Shown here: piece after piece, positions 1 to 13,193 of the stretch
Position numbering within the stretch: the first letter of the stretch is position 1
Layout of the letters: every line of letters starts with the position of its first letter
Source: Euprymna scolopes
Lineage: Eukaryota
NCBI GenBank assembly: GCA_053919585.1
Contig: CM132795.1
DNA length: 64,000 nt
Reading direction: 5' to 3' (one strand)
Translations under genes and position numbers: made by a program
Notes under the pieces: generated by a model
The model's input: only the letters and a program-made list of their open reading frames with translations
The model's database searches: none
What the model was told of the DNA's origin: nothing

Positions 1-364
1 AGAAATTTCACAGGGAACTCATTCATATCTAATATTAATGTTGGCATTCTGTAGATGTTCAGCTTAAATGGAATCTGGTATTATTGTAGCTCATTTGTTA
101 AAATTTCAAAAGTATTTATCTAAGCTAGCAGGGAGGCCCGGCGTAAAGTACGATTTAATATATTTTAATACTTGCAGATTTCGTATATATTATAGAATTA
201 ATTCCCTATCCATTCTTATATTATAAACAGGTCATTTAAAATCGCAAAATATATCCATAGGACTTGTGTATGTACCTTTTGGAACTGAAAACAAAACATA
301 TGAAGAATTCTTTCAAGCGACCGAAATATACATTTGCAATTTACTTAGGACCTCTATCCAGTCA

Positions 365-550
365 TGGCTGACGGAACAAGAACATGCTAGGCCCGTGAAG
401 TAAATAAAGGGTTCCGCTCGAAATTCCCAAGTTCGACAGAAACATTCTAGAGTTCGACAGGATACAGCTGAAGAACGTTGGAGGTTATATTGATCGAAAG
501 GTTGTGAAAAACACAAGATCAGAACAGTAGTCCGATGAATAATACAATTC
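365..550 (+). mobile_element. Short PLE-type repeat (family A) with degenerate minimal hammerhead ribozyme
   Basis: cag-CTGAAGA-acgttggaggttatattgatc-GAAA-ggttgtg followed by ...agtagtccgatgaat; homologous copies at 1610, 5660, 25065, 51005 and 58240. Confidence 0.6.
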
Positions 551-1469
551 TTGATAAATTATTTATTTCAAGAAATGAAAGTCCATAACAATTAAACAAT
601 TCGAAGAAAATAAAACGATTTGTTCTTAAAAGATTTTAAAGTAATGGTTTTAGTAAAAAAAATATTTTTTGCTCATCCGAAAGATAATATTCAACGATTT
701 TTACACTTAAAAGCACAAAAGATCAAGCATCTTAAATTCTGATTTCCAACCCTAAAAATCTAAAATCAGCAGTTTTTTTTGGGGGGAGAGGGTCTTATCT
801 ACAATCCTCACCCATTTACAATATATTTTCAGTTTCTGCTGATTATATTTTAGCATATTTGTAACCACAAATAAAAAGGAATTTTAAGCAAACGATATAT
901 AAAAATATCGATTAAGAAAAAGGTACAGTTACTAAGTTTACTCTTTACTTAGTAATTGGTGAAAATGTCGTATTGATTGAATAATTACTTAATTTTTGGT
1001 AGATATTTAAAGGGACTCCGTAGAAAAAATCTTACTCCCTCCTTCCGTTTTGGGCGTGCCTATATAAAACACAGCGATATGTCTTTTCATGTTTGTTTAT
1101 ATTTTCGTTATCTCCAGTTAAACCAGATTTTGCTCTGACATTAGCATTATTGTGACAGTTTTCTGTCCCTTACTACTTTATCCTTTTCATCGACATGACC
1201 GCCAACGTAAATATTATGCACTTTGTCAAACTCGAGCATCCATCTACTGAACACTGAAATCTGCAGAGAATTTCGAAATTAATTCACGAGTAGCCTGCTC
1301 ACGTTCTTAAAAAATTACAATAATTCACAATTGTATTTTCGGGCACCAACAGTGAAGAATAAACCTTTAAACTTTGCTTTCGTATGAAGATGGTAGCGGT
1401 GATAATCTAGCTATGCGCGCCATTTCATTCGAAATGATTATTATGACAGAAAAAAAAACTTTATCTCCA

Positions 1470-1570
1470 AGGACCCGTGGTGCAGTGGTTAAAGTACTTG
1501 GTAAAATAAAATTGCAAAAGTGGCTTTCTTCTGAAAGTTAAAGGTGCAATCCTTAGTGTGGGCGTCTAAT
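1470..1570 (+). mobile_element. tRNA-derived SINE head
   Basis: A-box TGGTGCAGTGG and degenerate B-box ggtgcaatcc, then agtgtgggcg; homologous to 25247-25335. Confidence 0.55.
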
Positions 1571-1609
1571 TGAAAATTAATTAAAATCCATATTAAAATA
1601 GGGTGTCTA

Positions 1610-1790
1610 TTCGGCCTGGAATGAATGAAGGTATGTTCCCGTAAATTGTTTTTTACAAATTCCCAAGTTCGACAAAAAGATTTCAGAGTTCAAGATGCAC
1701 ACGAAAAAGGTCGGGGGTTACTTTGATCAACACGTTGTAAAAATAACAGGTGACATGAAAATAGTTGTCATAACAACCCAAATAATACGA
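1610..1790 (+). mobile_element. PLE-type repeat family A, decayed copy
   Basis: Shares aaattcccaagttcgaca...agagttc with 421-455; ribozyme core degraded. Confidence 0.5.
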
Positions 1791-2523
1791 ATAACAAATC
1801 TGCACCTCCAAAATCCAGATGCGGGTTGTGAAGATTGTCATACAGGACCAACGGTTTGCTTTTTCATACAGAGCCCTCACTTCACGGTGTAAAAAAAAAA
1901 TTGAACTTGCTTCGTTAAATTTGACAAATTTTGATTTACAAGCGGCTACTTTTACCGGCTAAAAACAAAATCGAACCCAAATCCTCTGTCACACCTTAAG
2001 TCTGGTAGGTGTTTGGCAGAAACCATTCCTCAAACACAGACGAATAATGAATAGAAGTTGATACAAATAACAAAGAAAATATCCGTTGCTTTAATGGGAT
2101 AATTCCTATCTAAAAACTCTCCTGTTCGCGATCACATAGAAGTTTTGAAATAAGTAATTCTGAGTTAATTTAAACTGTCAATGACAACCCCTATTGTAAT
2201 TCTACACAAAATGTACAAAGTAACTAGTCAGTGTAATTTGTCTCGTAGCACGCTCATATAAGATAGATTAATATTAATGCATCCAAAACCAAGCTTCTAT
2301 CTTTTCACCACCAACCCTCTGATATCTTATTTACCTAAATTAAAATTTATCGTCCATGTCTCGAGGGAATGCCTTGCGTTGGCAGTTTTCACGGAATGAC
2401 TATCACTGCTGTTCTGAAATAGAAAGCATTAAATATGTTTAGATCGCTGGAAAATGGCTAGATTTTTTACGGCTCTTACCGTTAAGTACGGAATATGATT
2501 GAGTACTGTTGTCACATCTGGGC

Positions 2524-2764
2524 AGAGCAGATCTGAACGAAAATCACCCCCTACAATTTTAACCGGTAATTTGCGTTTGGCATTTTTTATTTATTTATTT
2601 AAAAAAAATAAAATTTTACGATCTAACCCAGCGAAGTATAAACATCACTAACCTCCCCCCATGTTAAAGGCTTTCAGAATAAACACCCTCCCAACCTTGA
2701 AAACTAAACTACATATTAAAACATAAAAATTATAGGGGTATGGTTCTCGTTCAGGTGCTCCCTG
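2524..2764. mobile_element. Possible MITE with ~38-bp degenerate TIRs
   Basis: cagagcagatctgaacgaaaatcaccccctacaattt versus the reverse complement of aaattataggggtatggttctcgttcaggtgctccctg; no clear TSD. Confidence 0.4.
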
Positions 2765-2779
2765 GGCAGGAGCTGCTCA

Positions 2780-3300
2780 GAGTACGCTTTAATGTATTAC
2801 TAGAATTTAGAACTGGCTACAAAATCTATTCCGCAATGTATATTTCTCCGCCTAATAACCTGTTTCTCATAGCGACGGCGCTGCTCTATCATTTTAATAG
2901 CCTGTAGTAAACTGTCTATACTTGCCACTGCAACACCTCGCAATAAATGCCCATCTAGCTACAGCCACTGTTAAATTCTCCAAAACGTCATATGTGCATT
3001 AAAGTCGCAACTACCATTAACGTTTTCCTAGAAATGTTCCTCTGAAATTCTATACAGCGCGGCTGGTTTAAGCTGACTACAATGTGGTCATTATCGAGTC
3101 CAAAACAAACAAATTGTTGAACCGTCCTCTATCTTCTATTTACCAACCGCCCTTGTTAACTAATTTACATTACTACAGATCATTACATCGTTGTTTTATC
3201 GACCACTTGCCATTCGAAAGCTTTGTTTATAATCGATCCATGAGTGTCCTAGTAATGCAGAGTGAAGCTGGAAAAAAATGCGTAGAGAAATCTATGGCAT
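2780..3300 (-). mobile_element. Decayed LINE apurinic endonuclease (APE) domain
   Basis: Minus strand reads GSCDFNAHMTFW (GDFNAH motif, ~2980-3020) and CGIDFVASS (SxIDL-like motif, ~2810-2840). Confidence 0.5.
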
Positions 3301-3595
3301 TTGTTGAATCCCACAAGAAATAAGGAAAGACAATGCGTCTTCCAAAATTCCGGTGCCAGCCACTTTTACTTATGCTCGGAATCTGATTGAGAGAATACTC
3401 GAAAAGGGAGGTAGCTCTGGGTGCTTTACAACACCAAGGTAAAACGTAAGTGTTATATAATCATTGCTGTCGTTTGGGCGGTTTAATTTTAATGTGACAC
3501 ATTTCCGGCAATGTGTTTCCCATAAGTAGCAATCTGTTATACAAGTTAAATTGAATACTTAAAATAACTGAATTGAAAAAGTATGGATATCAGTC

Positions 3596-3790
3596 TTGGT
3601 GCTAATGAAGAAAGCGATCCGCGCTACTTTTTTAAATCGTATTTCCAAGTTTAAAGTGTTATATGTATTTTTTTTTTATTCAAGTGTAAGGTTAAAGTAC
3701 AGAATAGGTACAAAACACCTTCCCCATGTTAAGAATGGCTTTTTAAATAACGTTATTTCAGCACGGATCACTCTTTGCATGAGTACCATA
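3596..3790 (+). repeat. Dispersed repeat (DNA-transposon-like), copy 1
   Basis: Reverse-complement homologous to 7652-7790 and 6255-6325 (e.g. tacagaataggtacaaaacacc versus ggtgttttgtacctattctgta). Confidence 0.75.
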
Positions 3791-4619
3791 GTCTTTTTTA
3801 GAAATACACTACTAAAAAGTACAGAAATCCGGAACAAAGATGTATTCCAAAAAATCAACGTAAATTACTGTTTTCAACAAATATGTATTTATGACTAAGC
3901 GATACGTCGGAATTTTGGTAAGCTGTGATATTTACCCTGCATGAATGAGACACCCCAAGATTCATTCAGAGTTGAAAATAAGTCTTATAATCGATACTTT
4001 TAGTACTAGAATCTTTAAACATCGAAAATCTTTATTTTATTAAAGAAACACGATCAATTGACGTTATTTATGGAATAACATTCGTTTCCTGACGTATGTA
4101 ATGATATTTGGGTATTTGTCAAACAAGTGTAATTAAGTCCCGATTTCTCTTGATTTAATATTTAATGAATGTTAATCAAACACTACCGTGTTTAAATATA
4201 TGGTTAAGTGGCAGTTTTGTTCATTGAAAACTGCTTTAAAGCTTTACCGCTCTCATTTTTCGACCATATTTCAAACAACTATAACAGATCATAAATAACC
4301 TCCTCAGCTATATAGTGAAAAAAAAACATTCAGTAAAGCACGTTATCAATTTTTTGGTGTTCAAAATCGTAAAATGATGTGAAGTGCGCGACGTTGTTTG
4401 ACTGGTTTCCATAGCAATTACGTCGCTTCGGTGACTACGGTAGCTGCTAATTCACTGCTGTATCGGAAAGAGAAGTAATAATGAAACCGAATGAAAGCAT
4501 GAAAAGGAGATAAGTAGGGATTTTGTTGAAAGCAGACGAGTGCCGTACATTGTGTTTATGGGGCAAAATAAATAAGACAAATTAAACAAAGAACACGCTG
4601 AAGCCTGAGAAAATCATGG

Positions 4620-4936
4620 ATTACAATAGAAATGAAAAGAAATATGGTCAAGCTTAAACATGGAAAAGTAAAGGAGTAGTTAAGACTGGAAATTAAAAAG
4701 GATAAGATAGTCTTGTAAAAATATTTTTTTAAATCCTATCTTGAAATATTGCAGCTGTAAGATTTTAATTCAATTTACAACATAATCAATTCTTAATGCC
4801 ACACTATTTTAAGTTATCAAATATTTTTTACTAGAATAGCTTGTCCTTTTCTTATCCAGTTTTAACTAGTTCTTTTACTTTTCCATATTGAAGCTTAACC
4901 AAATCACTTATAATGCTCGCATTTTTCTATTGTAAT
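4620..4936. repeat. Fold-back inverted repeat, ~110-bp diverged arms
   Basis: attacaatagaaa...aagcttaaacatggaaaagtaaag...gtaaaaatattt (4620-4728) versus aatatttttact...cttttacttttccatattgaagctt...tttctattgtaat (4820-4936). Confidence 0.7.
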
Positions 4937-5369
4937 ATAGTATAGATCACTGGAATTACTTTACCCTCTTCTTTAGTTAAGAGCAAAGGTCTTGTATATT
5001 TAAAATGAAATATGCTGACTATACGAATAACACAATTTTAAAACAATTTTGACATATTTATTTTTCATTAAAGTTTTAGGTACTGTTATCATTTAATAGC
5101 AAGCGCTGTCATTGTGAATATATGTTATTCAAATATTCGGTGATATATTTAAACGGGTGATTTCGCTAATTGTCCTAAGACCGGTTTTGTATTTGGATTA
5201 TTCGCACTCTTGTTCTACTCATAGGTTGGCGACCCGGTCGGTGCGAGTTTTCGTAGCTTTCCTATCGGAACTGCTGCGGCGGAGTAACATTTTTTTCTGG
5301 GGACGAACTAATTTTGGTTTATGACCGCCATCATTATCACCTTTCTTGGGATCTTCTCTTTACTCGGGC

Positions 5370-5655
5370 AACAGACCGTGGACTGAGAAAAGAGCCCAAG
5401 CCGTATCATCGTCCATTTCGACTAAATCAAGGAAAGCCGCATTTTCATTCGTACACCAGCTCCCTGGTATAGACTGCCGCGTGAGGTTGTTACCGCACCA
5501 GCAACGTATCAGTTCGAGATAAAGCTTGTCAAAGTATTTCCGTCCGTATAATTTCTCAGAACCCCCTCCCACTTTGTTTTTTTTTCTTCCCGCGCCTTTA
5601 ACGGTGGCGAAACGTAGTGTTTAATTTATGCCGAATAAATAGAATTGAAATTTGA
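5370..5655 (+). mobile_element. CR1-type LINE 3' end (ORF2 C-terminus plus tail), decayed
   Basis: With frameshifts reads RLNQ-RKAAFS-RTPAPWYRLPREVVTAPATYQFEIKL, matching the CR1 C-terminal FSxRxxxxWNxLPxEVVxAP motif; AATAAA near 5634. Confidence 0.65.
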
Positions 5656-5659
5656 GTAA

Positions 5660-5790
5660 TCTAGAGTGTTATTCGCACAACGTCTCAGCTGATGTAACCT
5701 CCAACTTTCTGCAGATTTATCTTGTGGATCTTTCTCCCAGACGTTGAGAATCTGTACGAAATTACTATTGACCCGTTTATCTAATCCTCG
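5660..5790 (-). mobile_element. PLE-type repeat family A, decayed copy
   Basis: Minus strand ctgcagaaagttggaggttacatcagctgagacgttgtg matches the family A ribozyme region. Confidence 0.5.
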
Positions 5791-6254
5791 GGAGTACAAT
5801 CTTGTTCCGTCGGTTATAATGGCGTGGAACTCTTAAATAATCCACAAATTAATTCTTAGTATCGTCTGAACCGATTGTTTAAACCTTCTACCCTCCCCGC
5901 CCCTTATTATTGTCTCCTAGGACTAGATGATTAAGTACTTGGGTGTACTGTTTGTTCGGAGACCATTTTTTTTTTTTTTTCGAAGTTGCGGACTATATAG
6001 CTCCAGAGATCTCAGCTTATTGTCATCTTAAATTTTTATCCCAGTCACTTTTTTTTTTTTTGAAAGAATCTGTATGTTAGAGCATTTCCTTTTTATTTAC
6101 ATCCCCACGAGGGCATATTTTGACTGGATCTCTTTTATATGAGGAAAAGTCGAGCCCATCCCTCCAAAAAAGAACACTCTTGATCGAAACGAATTTCTCG
6201 TAAATCTCCGGTATAGGTGAACAAAAAGGACGTGTACTTATGCATCTGCTACTA

Positions 6255-6325
6255 TGTTAAAATAACGTTATTTAGAAAGACATTAACATGGAGAAAGTGT
6301 TTTGTAACTATTCTGTAGTTTTAAA
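6255..6325 (-). repeat. Dispersed repeat, partial copy of the 3596 family
   Basis: aataacgttatttag...taacatggagaaagtgttttgtaactattctgta. Confidence 0.6.
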
Positions 6326-7504
6326 AAACAAATATCGTAAGAATTTAATTTTAACATGCAATAAAAAAAACTCAATTTGGGCGAGGTTTTGTGCGTTTTA
6401 ACAGCACCATGCATATTCCGACCGCGATGTCCGGTGCCAATCGAGTCTGAGTGGGCATTTACGAGAAATCTAGTTCGTGATATGCCGAATTACCTACTTC
6501 CGGTTTGTATAAAGTACTAGCCCCACACTCTGAATTGGAACAAAAATAAAATATTTTTCTTCTGAAAACTTTAATCCTTGAAGACAAAATAAAGTGTAAC
6601 ATCAGAGCAAGTGCTACACATTTTTATTTTTATTTTTTTATTTTTTTTTCGCAGTCTAAAGCCTAAGATGATAGTGAAAACCCTTTGTGCATTTATAGGA
6701 GTTCATGTGATAAACTCCCAAAGAGGATATTATTCGTTGTTCTTTTCTTAGTCGGGGTGGGGGAATAATCCAAGAAAGTGAAGAAAAATCGCTTTTCTAT
6801 TTTTTATTTTAGTTTTTTTATTTATTTTAGTTTTTAAATTTCAAAAGCAAAACGGATATTTTAAATAAATAAAAAAAAACGATCTTCACATTTAACGATT
6901 CCGGCTTTCTGTTCTAATTCATCTTTATCCAACTTACCCACTTTTTAACAGAATACATTAACTTTTCATTTTTATTTTTTGCCTTGGTTCCCTAAAATCC
7001 TTTAATCTGAAAAGAGTTTCAAATTTAGAAACAAAAACTGTATACGATTTTATTGGGAACTTTTTTTATTTATTTATCCGTCTTTCTAAATAGAATACGC
7101 TTTTAAAGAATGGTCTAAAAGCTTTTGCTGCCGGTGAGTTCTGTGTTAAGTGAGGTTACTGGATCGACATGGCACACATAATATAAAAATCAATTTCTAC
7201 AAAGTGGGCGTTCAGTTATGAATTCTAAAACCAAGCGAAACGAAGACCCCAGATTTTGTAAATGTAAAATGTTTCACAGCTTTATAACAAAAGAAAATGG
7301 CTTACCTGGTCATTTAAAATATTAATTTACGTTGTTCTATAAATAAGTCTGCACTTATTAAGGATAAAATGTACTCGGGGATAAGAGTAAATACCAATTT
7401 CATACAGAATTGGAAAACGATCTAGTCGTACTTTCAATAATGCAGTGGCTCCTAACCACTCTGTAGCGGCAGGTTGTCGTGCCGCGAACAGATTATAGAT
7501 CCTC

Positions 7505-7533
7505 TACACACACACACGCACACGTGTATATGC

Positions 7534-7575
<42 letters not shown>
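7505..7575. repeat. (CA)n/(TA)n microsatellite
   Basis: Seen directly; other (TA)n tracts lie near 8641, 13602, 13850, 15219, 28848, 30230, 34677, 39538, 46545, 50018, 52609, 55776 and 60636. Confidence 0.95.
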
Positions 7576-7578
<3 letters not shown>

Positions 7579-7651
7579 TGCATATGTATTATAACATTTC
7601 ATTTCTGAACTCTAGCCTCGCTCAATTCCAACTTCAAGTAAAAGAAAAAAA

Positions 7652-7790
7652 AACATTCTTAACATGAGAGGGTGTTTTGTACCTATTCTGTATTTTAAGC
7701 TTACAATCGAATAAAGAAACACATCAAAACTTTAAACTTGGAAATACGATTTTAAATAGCGCGGGTCAGTAAGTGCATCAGCACCAAAAA
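7652..7790 (-). repeat. Dispersed repeat, inverted copy of the 3596 family
   Basis: aaactttaaacttggaaatacgattttaaatagcgcggg matches the reverse complement of ~3618-3658. Confidence 0.75.
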
Positions 7791-7959
7791 AAGCCATCAA
7801 TATCTTAATTACATTCTCATTATGAAATAGGGTATTTTATATTTAATCATTTAAAATTTAAAAAAAAACACGACAGACTTTAAAAAAAAATATTATATAA
7901 AACAATGTTGTGCGTGCGATTTTATTTCCTATCAATTCCAAATGGTTATTTCAACATAA

Positions 7960-8175
7960 TTTAACACGAAGGTACATTATGTGCCTGGCAGTGTTCTAAA
8001 GTTTTGTTTTTTTTCTGAAGCGGAATGCCTTCGATAAGTATGGATTATCGAAATAATCCGATGAAAGAAAATTCAGGTTATTTTGATATGAGTTAACCCT
8101 TACACAGCCAACCATCATAAGTGCATTCGAGAAGCTTTATTACCACAAGGCGAAATTTAATGAGTTATATATAGA
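7960..8175 (-). mobile_element. Non-autonomous Helitron 5' portion (same family as 61084-61791)
   Basis: ttaacacgaaggtacat...ccttacacagcc...aagtgcatt shared with 61596-61791; ends tatagat, i.e. A|TC on the minus strand. Confidence 0.6.
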
Positions 8176-8931
8176 TATATATATAAATTACAGCAGCGTC
8201 TAAGAACTGCATGATTTTTTTAAGAACACAACTGAACCATGATACTTGACTTCTCCATTTTAAAATTAAATGCAAGTCATAGGCACGGCCAAAACAGAAT
8301 GAAGACGTATTTTATAAGTCTCTATATAAATTTAACAAAAATTAATTATCCAATTGATACAAAATGTTCACTGATTAAGTGTAGAATTAAAATAACGGAA
8401 TACTTTTTCTCACAATCGAATTATATAAAATATGCCTACGAACCCCTATGCTATTTGTAATTACAAAAATGCTAAAAATAGTCGGCCGAAACCGAGCAAA
8501 ATATATTGTAGGGAGAGTGAGAATTGTAGATAAAACGAAAAGAACTGTACGTATCAGATGTTTAAACTGAAAATCAGAATTTTGAATGTCTTATTGTTTG
8601 AAGTGTGAAATTCGTTGACTACCTTAATAATTATTCTTGCATATATATATATATATATATAATTTTTACAGAAAAAAACATTTGAAAAATAAATTATTTC
8701 AGTGGACCTAATATTGCTAATGTATCATTAAATTTCTTTGAATTATCGATACCAAGAAAGAAAAATCGATAAATAACTGCTCATTTTGCTAAAAATAGGA
8801 TTTTTCCCCGGCAATTTGCCGTTACGTGATATTACCTCACCTATAATGGACCATACGGCCTGAATACTGTTCCTATTTACAAACGGTTATCTTTCTCTTT
8901 TCCTTTTTGCAATTACTTTCGCTTAACTTAG

Positions 8932-9129
8932 TTTAAAGTGTGGAGGAATTTTGCATCTATCGCACTCTCGTCCAGAAACATTGGCTCTTGATGGCATGGC
9001 AGGGTCAAGACGACCAAGTGTGATACTAAATACGTTGTCTCCAACACATACGGCGCCTAGCATTCCCCAAATGGAAAGCCATATAGCACTGACTAGCCCC
9101 ATCGTTGCTAAACTTCGAGGATTATATAG
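8932..9129 (+). CDS. Candidate isolated coding exon, unknown protein
   Basis: Pyrimidine tract plus cttaacttAG acceptor, 198-nt open frame (LKCGGILHLSHSRPETLALDGMAGSRRPSV...), weak AG|GTAGCT donor; GC higher than flanks. Confidence 0.25.
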
Positions 9130-9484
9130 GTAGCTACAATGTATCGCTTATGAAAACTTGATTCAGTTAATCGTCAAATCAAATGTTAAAAATACATGGT
9201 AATTTACAGGAATGAATAACTTCATGTAAAGGATACCGTAGTTTCTACGAAACTATCGTTAAATTTTCTATATTTTTTACTTCATCACGTGGAAATCATC
9301 CAAAACCTTAATTTGACAAATGATTTTACAAAACCCGATTTAAATGTTTTTTTTTTTTTTTAATTTTAAGAAAATAGAAAATGTTTTCTATTTTGCTAGA
9401 AAAATGTTGCTCAAGAATAACGGATTTAGATATATAAAAATTTATTTAAAAATAACCCTTTCTACTCTTTATTGCTGTGACTAG

Positions 9485-9730
9485 TTGTATATAAAATAAT
9501 TTTATAAAATTGACAGTAGGCTATCTACAGCGCAACGTAGACCATTATGTATTGTAAACTTAGTCACTGCATAAGGCACGTAAACTTCACCCGATGGGTC
9601 ACCAATCAGAGCAATCGATTTAATTGACAAATTGGCGAGTTCACCGATTTTGATGACATCAAAAATATTGGAATCTGAAACATTCGCTGATCATTATTCA
9701 TACTCGAGCAACGTCGGGTCTCCATACTAG
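9485..9730 (+). mobile_element. Non-autonomous Helitron (3' end visible)
   Basis: Hairpin-like ctcgagcaacgtcggg about 10 nt before terminal CTAG|T at 9727-9731; 5' boundary approximate. Confidence 0.55.
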
Positions 9731-11050
9731 TATGGAATAAGATTTAGGAATGTCTGTTTGTCGACATATAGCCACAGTTGTTTAAAAGTACCAAATACAA
9801 CTGATATTCCCCATTTTATTCTCTACTAGGTATTTGATACACAATGTTTATATGAATAAAAATTCTAATACAGTTTTTTCTTCTATTGCGAAAACGTTTT
9901 ATGGTAGAAAATAGTTCTTTTGTGATAAGTAGACCTTGAATTTAAAAAAAAATTGTTTCTCCGTATAAGGTTGTGTAAAACAAAATTATATTTTTAATTT
10001 TGGTAGTATTGACTCGCTTAAAGTTTGACGGCCACCCCAAAATTGACGAAACTTGATATGTTAAAAATGTTCCAATATGTATTATATACTTACGAACTTT
10101 CGAACGGAACCCTTCATTTGATTCATAGGTCTTTTAATCAGCTATGGCTGGGTGGATGTATTAAGTAAATCGCAGTTGTATTTTTAAGTATTTCGTGCAA
10201 TGTTTTAATATTCAACTTCCAGAATTGTAACGCATTAATTTTTACTAAGTACTTTATCCACTACGCCACGAGTTATTATATAATTGCGAATTATATTGGG
10301 CACCTATCCAATCAAGACTGATAGAACAGGAATATGCTGCTCTCGTGTGTTAACTAAAACTTTCGTTTGAAATTCCGTACAGCTCGAGATTGAGACAGAT
10401 ACTACAGTATACGATACGCATGAAAAAGCTCTGAGGTTACTTCGACTAAAACTTAAGAAAGAACGCTCAAGTTGAGAACTGCGATTCAATCAATGTAAAT
10501 AATAGGAATGAGATAGTAGCCTGAATTAGCTGAATATAAGATTCCTTACTGGTTTAGGTTTACATAAATAACAGATTATTCCAATTAAAAAATGTATATT
10601 TTTTTTATACATACATCCGGGCAATTGCAAGCAATTTATCATTTTATTGACAAATACTAGTTCGACTTTAAAACCTCGACCAATCGCATTTGGCCTGAAA
10701 CACCACGTCCCCCTCTGCTATCCCAACTCCATCTCTACTAAAAGCGCATGACTCAGCTCTATCGATGGTGCTATCGATTAGTTCTATTTATGATTCAAAT
10801 TTCCAGATTTTTATGTAGTATGCAGGAACGGATAGGAGTAGAGAGGAGGGGAGGGCTATGGTTTGTTTCTCGGCTAGATTCTTCTGATCGATATTAAAAA
10901 GCAACGATACTATTTTGTAGACACGTAATAGCGTCCGACAACTGGCATCTTAGTAACATCTATTCGTTCAATTTTCTTATATTCATATACCTTGATTTGT
11001 TTGCAGTTCTTCTACTTGAACGCGTGACCATCATCCTTATTTTCTGTTTA

Positions 11051-11776
11051 TTTTTGGTCCCCCCCCTAAAAAAAGGAGGGTGGACCTGTAAATGTACCCT
11101 TTCGTCTGTCTGCACTTTTCACAATAAATACGCCTTGGATGTTTTTTTGTATTTTTTGTTTTTTTTGGGTATTTTTTTTAATTTAAATTTTACAAACATT
11201 AAAAATGAGTAAAAAAAAAAAAAAAAAAAAAAGTAACAGTCGTTTTTTTCCGGGAAAACTCCGGTTGCCCTCTTAGGGGTGCCTTTCGGGTTAAAATGCC
11301 TAGCATTAACACTTTTATGCTTATTTAAAAAAAAACAAAAAAAACATTGACTTTGATTTTTATAAAATTTCTGAAAAGTTGAAACTGATTTCTATATATT
11401 TTTTTTTTTTTTTGTCTATACTTCACCATAACTCTTGGATGTGCCCCAGGGGCTCTTTTAGGGCTAATGAAATCACTTTATTTTGGACTCTTTTACAATA
11501 TTTGTTCAAAACTTAATTTCAATATGTTAAGGTTGTGGGGACTTTGGGGGCTAAATGAGAGGGGAGGGGGCAAATCAACCTAATATTTTTTCTTTGCCTG
11601 GTGCCGAACTCAAATTTACATATTTTAAGGCCGAAAACTGCACTGTTTGTTCGTTTTTATGAGGATTTGACGTCCTCTGGGGACTAAATGGGAAGGGGGG
11701 GAAATGCTTAACTTAGTAATTTTTCTTATGCCTCGCGCACTGTGCACCCACGAGTGATCATGCATTCTTCACTTGT
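11051..11776 (+). mobile_element. Helentron/DINE-1-like non-autonomous element
   Basis: T-rich start, ggtcc...ggacc 5' inverted repeat, gtctgtctg microsatellite, internal ~60-bp duplication (11547/11680), 3' stem-loop acgagtga...tcacttgt. Confidence 0.55.
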
Positions 11777-12439
11777 GTGTTGTATGTGTGTGGGTGGGCA
11801 TGTTCCTACGCCTTTTTAAGTTTATTTCTAAGTAAATCCCTATAACAATTAGGATTTTATCCTTTTCTCTGGCGAATCAACCATTTGTCTGTCGTATATT
11901 TCCTGACCTTACCCTGTCCACTGACCTGACCTAGCGACCTCAGCTATTTTTATGAATTCATTGACTCTCCTCTACGTAAAGAGTTTTCTGTTTTTCACAC
12001 AGCTTTCAAGAAAGTGGAAATTTCGCTTACTTTCGGCAACCTCATTATTTGCGCTTTTTTACAAGGAAGTGCCATCGCTTTTAAGTCCGAAATGCCACTC
12101 GAGGAAGTGTTAATGGATGTTGGGTCTACTGCGAGACTGCGGTGATGATTACTAACGATGGAACGCGAGTACGATTTGATCATTTAAGCGGACTGTTCAA
12201 CAAGAACTTGTTTACATTAGACTTGACAATGAACATTAGTAAGAAGCCCCGTTGCATTGTATTTCACAGACGGACAGTTCTTGCCTTATCTTGTCCTTTA
12301 ATCCCCATATCCCATGAGTGATGTAACAGGTGCCTAGGGAAAGAAGTGCTTTTGCCTGGTCGGAATGTATTTATCAATATATTATGGATCTATACTGATT
12401 GATGAACGTTAGAACTATTTTATTGAATTAAGCTTCTCT

Positions 12440-13193
12440 CTTTTAATCATAATCGCTCTCTCATCAGGCCTCAATTGAAATGAATGGCTCTCGTCTTGGA
12501 AGCATCGTATCAAGTTCCTGGCATTGACTTTCACTTCTAATCTGAAATGGAACGCGTACATAAAGTCTGTTGCCAATATGGCTAGAATGTTTGGGTAATT
12601 CTATCACTCCACTAAGTATCCCCATGCCGATGAAATCCTCTATATGTATAAGAGCCAAGTACGCCCTTAAATGGACTACTCTTTCCACATCTGGCCAGAA
12701 GCTGCTCGGCGCCCCCTATCTTGTCTTCATAGTTGAAAATCTACTTCGAAAGCTCATAGTTTATGCTCTTTCCTCTTCCCTACAACCTCTTTCTAACCGA
12801 AGAGACGTTGAGCCGCTTTCCTCTATCGTTATTTTCATCAGAAGGTATCTAGCTTGCCGGACTTTCGCAAACCCTCTACTAGCTACAACCACTATCAACA
12901 ATTTCACACACCTTGTGTTTAAATCTAAACGCATATTATATTTAAATAAAGCTTTTGTAAAAGTACCGTCTATGGAATACCTTTTCATCAGCTTGCTTTA
13001 AGATTTAAATTTGCTTCCCAGCCGACGTAGCCTTCAGGTCCTATGTAAACAAGTCTTTTAACCGTCTTCTGTAATCAAATTCTACCCAATCTACAACATT
13101 AACGATTACTATACTACCACATTTAATTTATTAAACCTTATCCTCTCGTAGCTTTTGGTCCTTGATAATTTGTTACTTCATTATAAAAAAAAA
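12440..13193 (+). mobile_element. CR1/L2-type LINE 3' fragment, decayed
   Basis: SSLQPLSNRRDV motif (compare LQPLSHRRNV at 33119-33466); A-rich tail at ~13185. Confidence 0.8.

Noticed and set aside
10226-10564. Solo LTR (TGTAA...TTACA)
   Set aside because: No target-site duplication and no second copy in the window
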